From Selaginella moellendorffii (taxonomy: Eukaryota > Plantae > Lycopodiophyta): DNA of 64,000 bases. The position numbers and the translations under genes were made by a program. Within the stretch, counting starts at the first letter, position 1. Each line of letters starts with the position of its first letter. The notes beneath the pieces were generated by a model. The model searched no databases and had not been told where the DNA came from. It saw only the letters and a list, made by a program, of their open reading frames with translations. The DNA lies in NCBI RefSeq assembly GCF_000143415.4, contig NW_003314358.1, positions 444,731 through 508,730 of the forward strand, read 5' to 3'. Positions 1-12,000 of this stretch are shown here, piece by piece.

Positions 1-9
1 AAACCTTAA

Positions 10-195
10 AAGGGACACACTCCTCTGAAGCCGAGCACAAGCACGGTCAACTTCCTCCAGGTGGACTCAGGAGGAGCTGGGAACAAGTACGCGTTGGCCG
101 TCTCCCAGAACATTAAGGGGCTGGAAGAAGCCAACTTGTCCCTGAGACTTGCGATGAAGAACTTATTCCAAAACGAGCTCCCAGCCGGACCTTAA
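10..195 (+). CDS. possible terminal exon of a gene starting left of the window (unknown product)
   Basis: GC-balanced open frame KGHTPLKP...NELPAGP ending TAA at 193-195, followed by AT-richer 3'UTR-like sequence. No family recognised. Confidence 0.2.
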   Translation, partial: KGHTPLKPSTSTVNFLQVDSGGAGNKYALAVSQNIKGLEEANLSLRLAMKNLFQNELPAGP

Positions 196-439
196 AAGAC
201 TATAGCTACAATTAACAGGTCATTTCTTGTATGAGAAGTATGTATGATTGGATTTGGACACTGACAATGTGCCGCGTTTGATTTCATATGAATGTTTTCT
301 TACAATTTCCAGGAGTAATCCAAGGCACTGGTATCAGTGCCGTGTTATTCCGTCAGCTCAGCTCTCAAAAACATAAAGAAGAAGAGACAAACCTTTCCGA
401 GATCGTTCGATCATCCGTAGCAAACGGATTTTCTGTGGT

Positions 440-1935
440 GGTCAGCTGGAAGGTGGTGCTGCTGGTGGGGGCTGCTTGGCGGATCTGAGCTCCAGGGGAC
501 CACCAAGCTCGGCTTTGAGATCAAACATCCTCTCTAGAGCGTGCATGTTTTCCAGCGCCTCGTTCACCGTCCTGGTGTCACTGCCATCGCTTCTCATTGC
601 ATGGGCCCGTGGAGCAGCTTGTTGACGATTCCCCGGCTGAGGTCCTCGATGAGCTTCCTGTTCTTCTTGTACAACTCGTCGCCTCCCATCTTCGCCAGGC
701 ACTTCTCCAGCTTGCTGGTCCGGATCCTCTCCGCATAAGCTCCCTCCACGCCTCGAAGCTCCGGAGCTCCTCCTCGATAATGGTCTGGGCCTCCATGGCC
801 TTCCTCCTCCTCTCTTCCTGGTTGGCGGTCACCACCTCTTTCAAGTCGTCCACATTGTAGAGCCTGACTCCGGAGACCTCAGCAACACAGGCCGCAACGT
901 TCCGAGGGACCGAGATATCGATGAAGAACCTGGTTCCCAAAGGAGCAGCCGGGATCTTCTCAGCGTCACCTTTGTAGAAGAGTGGCTGGTCTGACGCTGT
1001 GCTCGTGAAGACAACGTCGGCCTCCCCGGCACATCTCATCATCTCGTCCAGAGACTGGTATTCGAGCGTGGAGTCTGGAAACTCGGTCATGTGCTGCTGC
1101 ATCCTGTCGACCACCACCATCTTGGTGCAGCCTTTGGAGATGAGGTGCTTGAATAGCAGCTTGGACATCTTCCCGGCACCGCCGATCATGACTTGAGCTG
1201 CGGAGAGCCCCCAAAGCTCGCAACTTTCATCGCTGCTAGCTCCACCACCGCGGAGCTCACCGACACCGCCCTGGCCGCAATGCTCGTTTCCGTCCGGACT
1301 CTCTTGCCAGCCGTGATCACCTGCTTGAAGAGCCCATTCAAGTTCCTGCCGAATCCGTTGGCACCCTGCCCGACCTTGAACACCTGCTTGACTTGCGCGA
1401 GAATCTGCCCCTTGCCCAGCACGCACCTTGAACAAATGCTGTGTCGCGTCTCGGTCGCGTAGTATGAACAAATGCTGCCGGTGTTCTTCCAGAGGAACTC
1501 CACTAGTCTACAAAAGGAAGTTTTTAAGACTCTAGCACCAAGAACTTGAGAGCTCACCTTGGACATCCACTCGGGTCACCTCCTTGACACCACGAGAGAG
1601 CCACCACGTAAATCTCCACGCGATTACACGTACTTAGAACTGCCGCCTCCTCTATATGGTTGTGAGCAACGAGCTTGCCAATAGCACATGGCCATTCCGC
1701 CTCTGGAACGGCCAACTTCTAACGTAGCTCCACTGAAGCTGTGTGGACATTCAATCCTATCACCAGAATGCTGCTCTTCTCACTAGTATATCCTGCCAAG
1801 AACACAATCCAATCCAATCTTATCAGCTCAATCCAATCTACCCGTGGAAGAACGAGAAGAAAAATAGGAAAGCTAAATGCACCGGCATTTCGGAGCTGTT
1901 CTAGAACTGCCAAGCTCGCAGCCTTGGCCCTGTGA
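440..1935 (-). pseudogene. HEMA: glutamyl-tRNA reductase (HEMA) pseudogene
   Basis: GluTR motifs spread over several frames: [111 protein letters not shown]. Multiple frameshifts and an in-frame stop. An intron acceptor (ttcttggcag|GATATACT) is retained at ~1793. Confidence 0.9.
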
Positions 1936-2094
1936 CTGGGATAACTGCATCTATCATCTGTCTTGTTGCGCAAAAAAGCAATTCCAAGTTTTGCATGTGC
2001 CTAATGACATGGCAAAAATTAAGTAGGGCTTTGGGCCAATAGCTGTGATTAACCCAAAGTTAATCAATTGCTTCATTCAAGATTTGTCTCTTCA

Positions 2095-3050
2095 ATGGCA
2101 GCAGCAGCAAGCGATTCTAATGTGGGGTCTCAAGACCATGTAGACTACAATTACTAGTCATCGCCAAATGATGTCTCACAGTAGCAACAACAAGTTCTAG
2201 GTGATGTGGTGGAGAGAGCAATGAACCAGGTTTGTGTTTATTTTGATAAAGTAGAATTTAATCACTTTTTTTTCCAGGATTTGAGCACTCTACACAACTT
2301 AGTGCTTCAAGTACTTAATGTATTCCAATATAGTTCTTTACAACTTGAGGAATAAGTGTGCAAGAAGACTTCAAACAGCCATTACATTTTCAAAGTCCCT
2401 TTGCTATTTTAGCAAGTACTAGCACCTAGTGTTTTTTGCTTTTTAAACCTTCTTTGTGGCCAGATCTAGGCACTTAGACACAAACTTCCAGCCAAGTGCC
2501 TTGTGGGATTGTAGGAAGTACTACTCAATTTTAGAATGTTTTTTCTTAGTTATGGGTTTGTAATGGGGTTTTTTAGATAAGTGCAAATCATATAGCATCC
2601 TAGATCCTGGCGTTTGGAATTTGATTGCTTCCTCTAAGGAAACACAATATGCATGTCTTCATACAACTTCATTCGGGTGGTGAGCCACTTCTTATCTATG
2701 TACTATCTCAATACGGTAGTTATGATTTCCAACATGAGGTCCACTCAACAAATATGGCATCGACATCAAAGTTCCTTAATATCAATTTCACTGACAACTA
2801 TGGCATGCACTTTGCAACAGCTTCGATGGCAGCCAATGCTATTGATAAATACAGCCACCTTTGTAAGCCATCTAATTGGTTGTATATTCAACATTACAAG
2901 GTTAGAGCTAAGAATCTGAAATATCATTTGGGACTCCATTGTCTCTCAGTAGATATTTGTACGGCCACACATACTCGAGCATGGCTAGAAAAGGCTCCTC
3001 TAGTGTTTAACTTTGTCAAACTATCAGACATTGTTCCACTGAGTTAGTTT
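2095..3050 (+). pseudogene. degenerate spliced gene fragment with an OB-fold/RPA1-like segment, probably Helitron cargo
   Basis: GT..AG intron at ~2230-2277. ORF 2625-3047 (FLNINFTDNYG..AIDKYSHLCKPSNWLYIQHYKVRAKN) resembles an RPA70-type OB fold and lies just upstream of the Helitron helicase remnant. Confidence 0.35.
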
Positions 3051-3499
3051 GCAAAGGATGTTTTTGCTTATACTTTTGCAACAGCTGTTGTGGCAATCAT
3101 TGGTGTGGATCAAATGCCTAACACTACAAACATCATATTCATTGCTGATGATCTTGAAGTTGAAAACACCTATAAGGTATTTATAATATTCTAATTGGAT
3201 TTTTTGGGTAAACTTCAAAAGCAGGTGCATGGGGATATGCCAAGTCATATTTTCTATAGTCTCCAAGGAACTAAAGATAAAAACATGTTCAGGATTGCAC
3301 CCTTGATTATTGTCTTGAAAATTCTTGACGATATGTCTTGGGACCACATACAGAAGCAAATGCACTCTATCTTATCCAATATGTCTTTCTTGATGTTTAC
3401 CAATGGTTCATAATGCATGTTTTGTCAATAGATGCATGTTTACTTCATCTCTAAAAACCCTCAAGCAATCTTTGTTTGTTATAGCTGCTATGTTTGCAA

Positions 3500-4772
3500 A
3501 AAGTTTAAGTTCGAGAAAAAAACATGAGATATGGGTTGGTGTCATACTTCAATTTAATGATGAATAACAAATTATATATAATGATATCCTTATCATAATT
3601 AACAACCCAATTGAGCAAAATCGATATATTTTCATTGATGGTCCTAGTGGTACTAGTAAAAAAAATTTCACACTCTTAACATACATTTCAATTTTTAAAC
3701 AAAAATGTAATTAATATGACTTGGATAGATATTGCAAGCATTTTACTTCATAATGGTCAACTTCTGTTATTATAACTAATAGTGAAGCAGGCCAAAAAAT
3801 TAAAAATGCAGATGTATTAATATGGGATGAAATTAGTATGGTTCACACACATGCATTTTTTGCCATTAATTTAGCATTAAAAAATATTTTTAAAAATGAA
3901 TTGTTATTATTACAAGTGGTGACTTTAGATAAACACTATTAGTTATTCCACATGGTCATCGAGCACAAATTGTTTCAAATTCAGTAAAAATGAATAGGTT
4001 TTAGAAATTTTTAAGAACACTTTTACTAAAAAGGAATATGAGACTAATTAAAAACAACTCATTATTGGCTAATTAGCTTCTTCGAATTGAAAATAGTAAT
4101 AATTATGTAAATTTACCCAATTTGCCTTAGATTTTTCAATTGAATTCCTAAATTCTCTTCTATTCTTCCACCACATAAACTCTTACTTAAAGAAGGTATT
4201 ATCCTTATTTTATTAAGGAATATATATTTATCAACTGGACTATGTAATAGTACACACCTTATACTTAAACATTCGTTACCAACAATTCTAGATTGTGAAA
4301 TTATATTAGGCCAATTCAAAGGTACACAAGCTTTCATCCCTCGAATCACACACACCTTTAGATATAGAAATTCTATTTAAACTGTCCAGAAGACAATTTC
4401 TAGTGTGTTTAGGGTATTGCTTTACAATCTCTAAATGTCAAGGCCAAACATTTGACTGAGTCGGAATACATTTGCCACATCCAATTTTCAGCTATAGCCA
4501 ACTTTATATGGCTTTTATCAAGATGCAAATCATTAGCAGAACTAGGCATTAAAGTACAAAACACATCATTCCCTTAAGTCCTACTTTCACCATCAACACA
4601 ATATATAAGGAGGTTTTATATTAAATCCTCCATGCATTGTTTGTAGCACTGAAACAAATTCTTAATATAAGTTTAATGAATAAATAAAAAAAGCCTTGAA
4701 AAGCTTGTATTATAACTGCAACATTCAAAACAGTATTTGCTAATAGGACAACATATGCTGGGTAAGTGCTAG
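3500..4772 (+). mobile_element. Helitron remnant (degenerate PIF1-type helicase plus 3' terminus)
   Basis: Frameshifted PIF1 motifs: FIDGPSGTSK (Walker A), IWDEISM, GDFR.TL.VIP, LLRNI....GLCNST, FIPRI, RRQF.V.LGYCFTISKCQGQTFD, IFSYSQLYMAF. Imperfect hairpin CAACATATGCTG followed by CTAG|T at 4769-4773, the Helitron 3' signature. Confidence 0.8.
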
Positions 4773-4849
4773 TTATCTATAAATACAAATGCATATAAAA
4801 ATAATATTAAATTTAATAATAATTTACTGCGCATTTCATCCAGCAATGC

Positions 4850-5090
4850 TTGGTTTGCTTAATAGTAGCATCATTTTTATCTAGTATTTTTTAATAATCC
4901 AATTGATCAATAATTGTAAACATGTATATAATTTATAAATCAAGATTAAGCTTATTGCATATCAACCATTAGAATAAATAAGAATATACTAGAAAGTGTT
5001 TAAATATAAATAAAAAATTAATTTAAATAAATAGCAACTGTTAAATGATAAAATATCCAAGCATATTCTAGGTTTGCTTAAGCAAGCCAA
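4850..5090. repeat. short AT-rich element with 13-bp inverted ends, copy 1 (MITE/Helentron-like)
   Basis: TTGGTTTGCTTAA at 4850-4862 and TTAAGCAAGCCAA at 5078-5090. Internally similar to 26260-26571. Confidence 0.6.
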
Positions 5091-5239
5091 AAAATAAATT
5101 TATAATGTTCACATTTAGTTCTTTTTCTCTTTGGATTAAGAAGTAAATTAATTATTCTTCATTTTTCTGATGAAGTTGACACTAATGAATAAAAAATCTA
5201 TCACCAAGCAATCCGCTATTTTTATATACAAGATCAATT

Positions 5240-5454
5240 GCTATGCTGTGTCTAACAGGAGCAAATACCCATCCTATAACCAAAACAATAAAAACCAGTA
5301 AGAAGAGAAACAAAGTTCTCAGGATTCAAACAACTCACATATCAGCAGCGCTAAGCGCAATTTGATCTCCAGATCCTGCAAATCAAGAGAGGGAAAAATC
5401 AATGTCTCAAAAGAAAACAAAAAATCAATGTAAGAGGTGATGTCAATATATTAC

Positions 5455-5492
<38 letters not shown>

Positions 5493-5868
5493 ACACCCCA
5501 TGGGCTGAATCGTGGCGTGGCGAGAGAGGAACAAACCTACCTGAGGCAGAGGAAACAGTAATCTCAGCCTTGCGCTTGGTAACCAGCGTGATCTTCTTGG
5601 TAACCGGCCGATCTTGCCTCCCATTACCAGTCGCCTCCACTCTGATCCTCCTCAGCGGATCATCTGGCGGATGATCAAACATCACACATTGCGAACCAAG
5701 AACAAGAAAAACAAAATCCCCAAAACTTCACGCTCGCGCGTCCGCCCAAAGCCCTACCATTGACGAAGACGCCATCGGTGTCGAGCTCCATCACCGCCCT
5801 GTGTCGATCTGCAGCGTTGCTGCTACTCCTCGCACATCCATCGTCCTCCCAAATGCGCCTCCAACTCC

Positions 5869-5872
<4 letters not shown>
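5240..5872 (-). CDS. putative small multi-exon gene or gene fragment, unknown product
   Basis: Minus-strand GC-rich blocks with splice-like junctions (TGCCTCAG|GTAGGT ~5540, TTTGCAG|GATCTG ~5376, GATAT|GTGAGT ~5339, TTATAG|GATG ~5274). No family recognised. Confidence 0.25.
5456..5491. repeat. (GA)n microsatellite
   Basis: Direct reading. Confidence 0.95.

Positions 5873-5906
<34 letters not shown>
5872..5906. repeat. (TC)n microsatellite
   Basis: Direct reading. Confidence 0.95.
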
Positions 5907-5909
<3 letters not shown>

Positions 5910-6069
5910 ATTTCTTCCCTCTTCTTCGCGAATCGAAATGTTACGACGCTGTTTTATCGCCCAGTTAGGTCACAATCATCGAGCGACACGTAAGCGCTGT
6001 AAGCTTTGGACACCTGGCGCGATCTCGTTTGATTTTCTCCTTTTTAAATTTTCTAGGATTCTTTACGAG

Positions 6070-7515
6070 CCAGGGGCGCGCTCCATGGACAATATCTTCC
6101 AGCCGCATTCTCAGGCCTTCAAACAGCGGCATCATCGTCAGGGGCGTGGCCGACGATTTCGATCAGAATGCGATGAAGACCAAGGCTCCAGGCAAGGCGA
6201 GGGAAGATGGAGAGGCCACAAAGGCGGGCAAGGAGAAGGAGGACAAGCAGGAGGTGAGTGAATTGGATCTACTGGATTTGCAATTCGCGAAAATCGAGAC
6301 TACAACAAGAACAACAATAGCAAGCCGGAGTCCCTGGAGCCAATCGTCCAGGAGATCCCGCTCCTACCGCCCTTTGGATCTGACGAGGAGCTCATCGAGT
6401 ACGCGACTGCGGTCGTGAAAGAAACGCCGTGGCGGCAGCTCTACACCAAGCTCGCAGTTCTAGTCAAGGCTCAGCACGTCCCAGAGATCATCAAGGATTC
6501 GCCGGTGGTGTTTAGTTTCTTCATGTGGGTGAGAGCCAGGCGACACATCCGTCTGGATTCCTCCATGTTTTACGCTGCTCTTCGAGGTTCTAAGCTCCAC
6601 CGACAAGTCGGAGGAGATGCTCGACCAGATGCCAACGTGGATTCCCCATTGTTGTGACGGTGATGCTTGGCTGGACAGGGCCGGGGACGCTCTCAAGCTC
6701 TTCTTGAAGATGGAGGAGCTCGGGGTGAAGTATCTGAAGACCTTAACTTTCAACTGCGACTTACAGTTTGATATGGTACACAAGAGGATGACGATGATGA
6801 GGAAGATGAACGCTCTCACGTACGAGATTCTCATCGCCAAGATCTGCCGGGCGAGCAGGCTTGCTCGCTCTTCTGGGAGATGATCAAGTCCGGCTATGCT
6901 TCTCCCGCGGACTGTGTGCCGGTGGTGGAGAGCAGCTAGATCGAGATGGTGTGGAGCTTCATCAAGGAGCTTCCCAAGCTTCCGGACTGCGATTTCGACG
7001 AGAAGATCATATACTCTCTCGTCAAGGGACTTATGGACAGGGAGAGGCTTCATCTGGCAAGGAAGCTGTTTCAGTCGGTGCTGAGCACGGGGAAGAAGTT
7101 GCCGGCGGATACTTACAACCTTTTCATCCTCAAGCTGCGCACGACGGCAGCGAGCAGACCTTTGATCTCATGAAGCAGAACGGATGGCGTTCCAGACACG
7201 CGCAGCTCGCTGGTGCGAGCGGGATCGATCGGCGAGGCGTATCAGCTCTTTGCGGAGATGATGGACAAACGCTACCAGGCTATCACTTACATACTCGTGC
7301 AGATCCTCAACAGGGACGGGAAGATGAACGCGAGCACCGACACGGAAGCCATGACGAAGCTCAAGGAGAAGGGAAAGTTTGAGGGAGCAGGGACGTACCT
7401 CGACAAGCTTTCGCAGCAAAAACTTTTGCCGTCTGGGAAAGGCAAGGGATCGAAGGGAAGGTTCTGGTGAAAGTGTTGCAAAAGGATGGACGGAGGCTGG
7501 AAGATCTCCACATGT
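6070..7515 (+). pseudogene. P-class PPR pseudogene (deleted copy of 15625-17571)
   Basis: Identical peptides in shifting frames. Start codon region deleted, many short deletions and one ~315-bp deletion (junction gatctgccgg|gcgagcagg at ~6850). Confidence 0.92.
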
Positions 7516-7728
7516 TTCGTTCTACTCGCAAAAGCTTGGATTTCGGCAAGAGGATGTGAGTTAACTTTATATATGTTTTTCGCGCTCTCGATTTGATAGT
7601 TCTGTTTTGTTTTGTGCAGTAGCTTTGAGAGAACTTTGCACTGCTGTGAGTGATCTGAAGCATTGATTTGGAAGTTTGGAGAGCCGTGTGTGGAATATCT
7701 CCTACACGACGACAATAATGCAGGTATG

Positions 7729-7804
7729 GGATAATATTCTCTCGGAAGTGCGGCTGCCTCCACTGTCGCTGGCGGCTGCGCAAAGCGGCCACGCTATATA
7801 TAAA
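7729..7804 (+). promoter_or_regulatory. core promoter of DRM1/ARP copy 1 (GGATAA/TTATCC sugar-repressive-like element and TATA box)
   Basis: GGATAA at 7729-7734 and TATATATAAA at ~7796-7804. Both are conserved in copy 2 (17775-17780, ~17841-17850). A putative 5'UTR intron follows (ccag|gtga...ttgcag). Confidence 0.5.
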
Positions 7805-8014
7805 GTCGTGGAGCCAGGTGATAACTCGCCACTCTCATTTTCAGAGCTCTCAGTGCTATTTGATTCCTTCCAGCTTGACATCTTTCTTGCAGACCGCTTT
7901 CAATCGATCGTCTCTGTTCCCCAGCCTCGAGAAAAGTCCACTTTGCTGTTCCAGTGCTTCTCTAGCTCGTCCGTCTTTGAAAGATCAAGCTTTGGCCGAT
8001 CTGGTTGATCCGAG

Positions 8015-8248
8015 ATGGGATTTCTGGCAAGGTTGTGGGACGATGTTGTTTCTGGGCATGATCCTGGGATGAATCTGCGGGATCCAAAGCTTGAAGGATC
8101 ATCGCAAGGAGCTCCTTTCGCCCAACGAGAGAAAGACAAGTCAGGGAATACGAGTGATCGAGAACGAAGAACCGGAGATCCGAGCGTTACAAGACAATTA
8201 TCTCCCAGTGTCTCGGATTGGCTCGTTCTCAGCATTCTAGACAGATGA
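8015..8248 (+). CDS. dormancy/auxin-associated (DRM1/ARP-family) small protein, 77 aa, copy 1
   Basis: Family N-terminus MGFLARLWDDVV and C-terminus SPSVSDWLVLSILDR (cf. MGLLDKLWDDVVAG ... PTVYDW.V.SALDR). Frame kept in both duplicates. Confidence 0.8.
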   Translation: MGFLARLWDDVVSGHDPGMNLRDPKLEGSSQGAPFAQREKDKSGNTSDRERRTGDPSVTRQLSPSVSDWLVLSILDR

Positions 8249-8663
8249 CAAAAAAAGCTTCTCAAAGTTTGCTCTTTGCAAAGAAAGATCTTTGTCTTGT
8301 GAAAGTCTGCTCTTCACAAAAATCTACGTGATGATCTAGGCTTGAAAAGAAAAATCTTCTAAATGAAGTTCTGATTGGTGGATCCAAACTTTCGATTCGA
8401 TCTTGGATTAAATGATTTTGTTCCACCACAAAATCATAGAAAATTTCAACCATCAGTAGCGGAAGTTCTTTATATTCATCACCACCATCTCAGAGAACAT
8501 CGTTTGGTCTTTCACATTCTCTCCAGTGTTCTTACTTACCTTGATCTCTTTCTTTCAGCGACCTGTGAATCCAGACAGCGAACGCTTTGAATTGGTTTGG
8601 ATTCATGAAAGTCGCCGAGAATTGAATTGAATGCCTCGTCCAGCGCCCTCGAGAATTCCTTCT

Positions 8664-9030
8664 CTACACTGCCATGGCGATGGATCCCTCCTCCTGGAAG
8701 TGGAGGAGCAAGAGCATGGCTTCCCTCTCCAGACGAAGCCCAAGGTAGAGGATCATCAAAACGTAGGCCAAGATCGCGAGAGCTCCCAAGGGCCCGAGCG
8801 CCGCACGGTACAAGCTCGCAGCGCTCGAATCCATCACGGCTGTGGAAACGAAATAGCCGCCAGCAAACGCGACGCAAATGCCAATCGCCCACGCCACTAA
8901 TCTCATCATCAACACACAAAGGAAGAAACAACGCATCGATGGATAGAAAACGAATCGCGAGGACCTACAGTGGTTCCTGAGCCCTCCATCGTCGCAAGAG
9001 CCACAAAGTTCTCCGCGAGAGAATGGATGG
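8664..9030 (-). pseudogene. hydrophobic membrane-protein-like gene remnant, copy 1 (copy 2 at ~18700-18990)
   Basis: STAVMDSSAA(S/G)LYRAALGPLGALAILAYVLMILYLGLR is conserved in both duplicates. Flanks differ by indels. Confidence 0.25.
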
Positions 9031-12000
9031 AACAGGACATCTTATAAAGTCCCATCTTATATGATTCCCCTCCACTACGAGGACGTGATGGGCATCCTGG
9101 AAAGGAAGAGAAGATCGCGAGATTCACAAAATGAAATAAGGCATTGTTTTGGATCTATGGTGAGGGCTCCAGATCTGCGTTGGAGAGAGGAATTCCAAGG
9201 CAGAGAGAAAGGAAAGGAACCATCGTCATTCTTTTAGCACCACACTCATACATACAATGCGGGTTATCTGAATTTCCTAAAATTAAATGCCCTGTGTCTG
9301 GTCGTTCGTGGGAGAGTGGAGCTCCGAAGATGGCTCTGGATATGATGCAAAGAAGTGACTACCATCCATGCATTTTCTCAAAAGGCTTGTGTGATTCCAG
9401 AAGGAAGAAGTGAGCTGTACTTCACAAGGAGGATGACATGAGCGAGCTGCAAAGATTGTCAGCTGATGCTACAGCCGATGCACAAAACAACTTGCAAGAG
9501 AAAATTCACCACCAAGGTCGTTGCATCCGAATAACAATCTTTGAGCGTGAGGCTTTATTCGCAAGTCCATCACTAGCATCTTTAGCCAAGTTACAGACTT
9601 AAGATGTTCGATTTGGGAAGGCTGGCCGATATCAGCAATAGAGCCACTCATCTCTGCATTCGTGCCAGGCCGGAGATCCCAGAGCTTTGGTAATGTGTTT
9701 CCAGTTTTCATGTGAAACGATAACCAGGGTGCAGCTAGTTTCAGAACCAATTGTCGGTATAAGGAATCAAGGAAACGTTTTGTAGAATTACCTCGAATTG
9801 CCTCGAATGGAAGGCTCAGTGGCAGAAGACCTGGAGGAGTTCAGCAAATAAACAGCTCATGAGATCATCAAAACAGCTTACTATAATCTGTTAGTCTCAT
9901 GGTTTTTGGTGGGTGCCACAATACCTTGTAAATAGCTAATGAATGAATGAATGAAATGAAACCGAGAGGAGATTCAAGTTCTATACCTTTAAATAGTTCC
10001 AACTCTGCATATAATAACCTGAACTTTGGTGAAGTATGTTTGAGAATCACAAGAATGGTTAAGGAGCTCCAGGGGTTCGTTTTATAGTCGTTGAAGCAAT
10101 GAACCTAACAACCTCAAAGTAAGCACAAGCACAATGCCAGAAAATTATACCTGGACATCAACTTACACTTCAGGTACTTTCTGAAAAAAATTCTGCCTTA
10201 TGGTCACATGTAAACCTTGAGCTTACCATCAATTCTGACTACCATGTTTACTCCTGAAATCTATGAGTAAGAATATATAAACGGACAAAATTCCAGATGT
10301 TTACATCCATGTCTAAAACATCGAGATGGACAGCATAAACTTCATGTGACATCCGTTTGAAAGCTTCAAATGACCTAGATCAACCTTGATGTACTGCCTA
10401 GGGTGGGTGCCAACAGTTCTAATCCACATAGCACCATGGAATTGATCCATGTGACTGGCTTGGGCTGTTTCTTTCTCTTCTTTTCTTTTTCCTCTTGCTC
10501 TGGCTGCTCCTGAGCTCAAGGAACTTGCCAATTGCAGCTGTAGAGGCCTTGTTGCAGGAGATTACTACCCACCAGCTCACAACACTAAGGAGATGTTGCA
10601 CATAGATTCTTCAGTGAATCCTTCTTACTCCTAGCTTTTCAGTCATGACAGAAACGGCCTTTATCTCTCTCCCACACACAACTTTGTTCTCAAATGTGCC
10701 TAGGAACACTGTTGGTTTGCAGCTGTTTGCAATGCACACCAAGATTCTCAAATCCAACTTGCCCAAGAAGGTGACAAGCTCTTTCTTGCATCAGGACTTG
10801 CTCCCAATCAATCCAACTCTGTAGAGAATTCTCTCAGGACTTCCAGAACGTTCAAGATCCCTTCTTTGCAATACTAGAAAGATGGGACAAGCTTAGAATC
10901 CTCTCTAGATACTCCAGAACTTCTTTGAACACAGTTAAATTGCTGTTATAAGCTTGGGAACATTGTTGGACTGTAGCTGTTTGCAAGTTACAAAGAGATT
11001 CCTCTCAAAGAACACTCTCCTCTTTCTAACAAAGATGCAAACTTGTTTCTAAGACCAAAGGGTCACAATTGTCTTTCCAGCCTCCCTTTTATCCTCCAAA
11101 GCTGAGATCCTTTTGATGTTTATGATGCTTGCCATCTCCCAGAATCTTGGATGGTTGTCTTACCTCCTTGGGTGATCTTTTTGAATTGTCCATGCTGGGA
11201 ATCTCAAAGATTCTTTACTTAATATATCACCATCCACGTCATATGTCACATGGATCAAACGATTCTAGCATTTCTCCAGTATAACCATATCGCCTTACCC
11301 ACCTCGAGGATGCAAAATTCTTTTGCACCCTCATCATACCTACATTTCTTCAACTTTTACATCCTTGTTTTCAGCATCCTCTACTATCACAACTTCCTTC
11401 ACATGTTCTAGTTCTTTTTTAGCTATTGAGACTTCTTTGTTACTGATGATGCTAGATTCCCTTGAATTCCCCCTCTGTCAATTTCTACTTCCTCCAAAAG
11501 GCTCTAGTCTCAAGTCTTCTTAACTTCATTATCTTTGTTGCTTACTCCTTTTGTCTCCTCTTGATGAGCTTCCGCGATTCTTACCCCACCTTATGGACTC
11601 ATCTCAATCCCACTTATAATCTCCTTTAGGTTCAGTTGATTATGTCATGTTAAAGCCTCCATGTCCCCAGGTCCTTCTTCCAACAAGATTCTTCACTCTT
11701 CTCCATCCTTCAGCTCCTGGCTTCCCTGGCTGTATCTGATTCTGATCCTTGGAATATTCTCTCTCTCTCTCTAGCTCTTTAGAACAAAAGAAAAAGGGCA
11801 TCACCATTTCACATAAAAGAGTGAAGGGTTCCCAACAAATGGTGATTGAATTCCTAGTTAGCTTTTGGTTCATAGCTTGATTCTCTTGTCTTTTAATATT
11901 CTTCTACTTTTGTCTTGTTCTTCACTAGATCTCCGATGAGAGGCAGCATTAGCAGAGGAGGATAGGCACATTGGAGTGATCAATCGTGAGGTTTCTCCAA

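Larger units (their letters stand above)
6050..9262 (+). repeat. dispersed segmental duplication, copy 1 (paralogous to 15605-19133)
   Basis: Co-linear near-identity from ttctagg.ttct to gcaccacactcata..caatgcgg, covering the PPR, the DRM1/ARP gene and the downstream region. Confidence 0.92.

Noticed and set aside
9469-10601. Short minus-strand ORFs
   Set aside because: No recognisable motifs or consistent exon structure.
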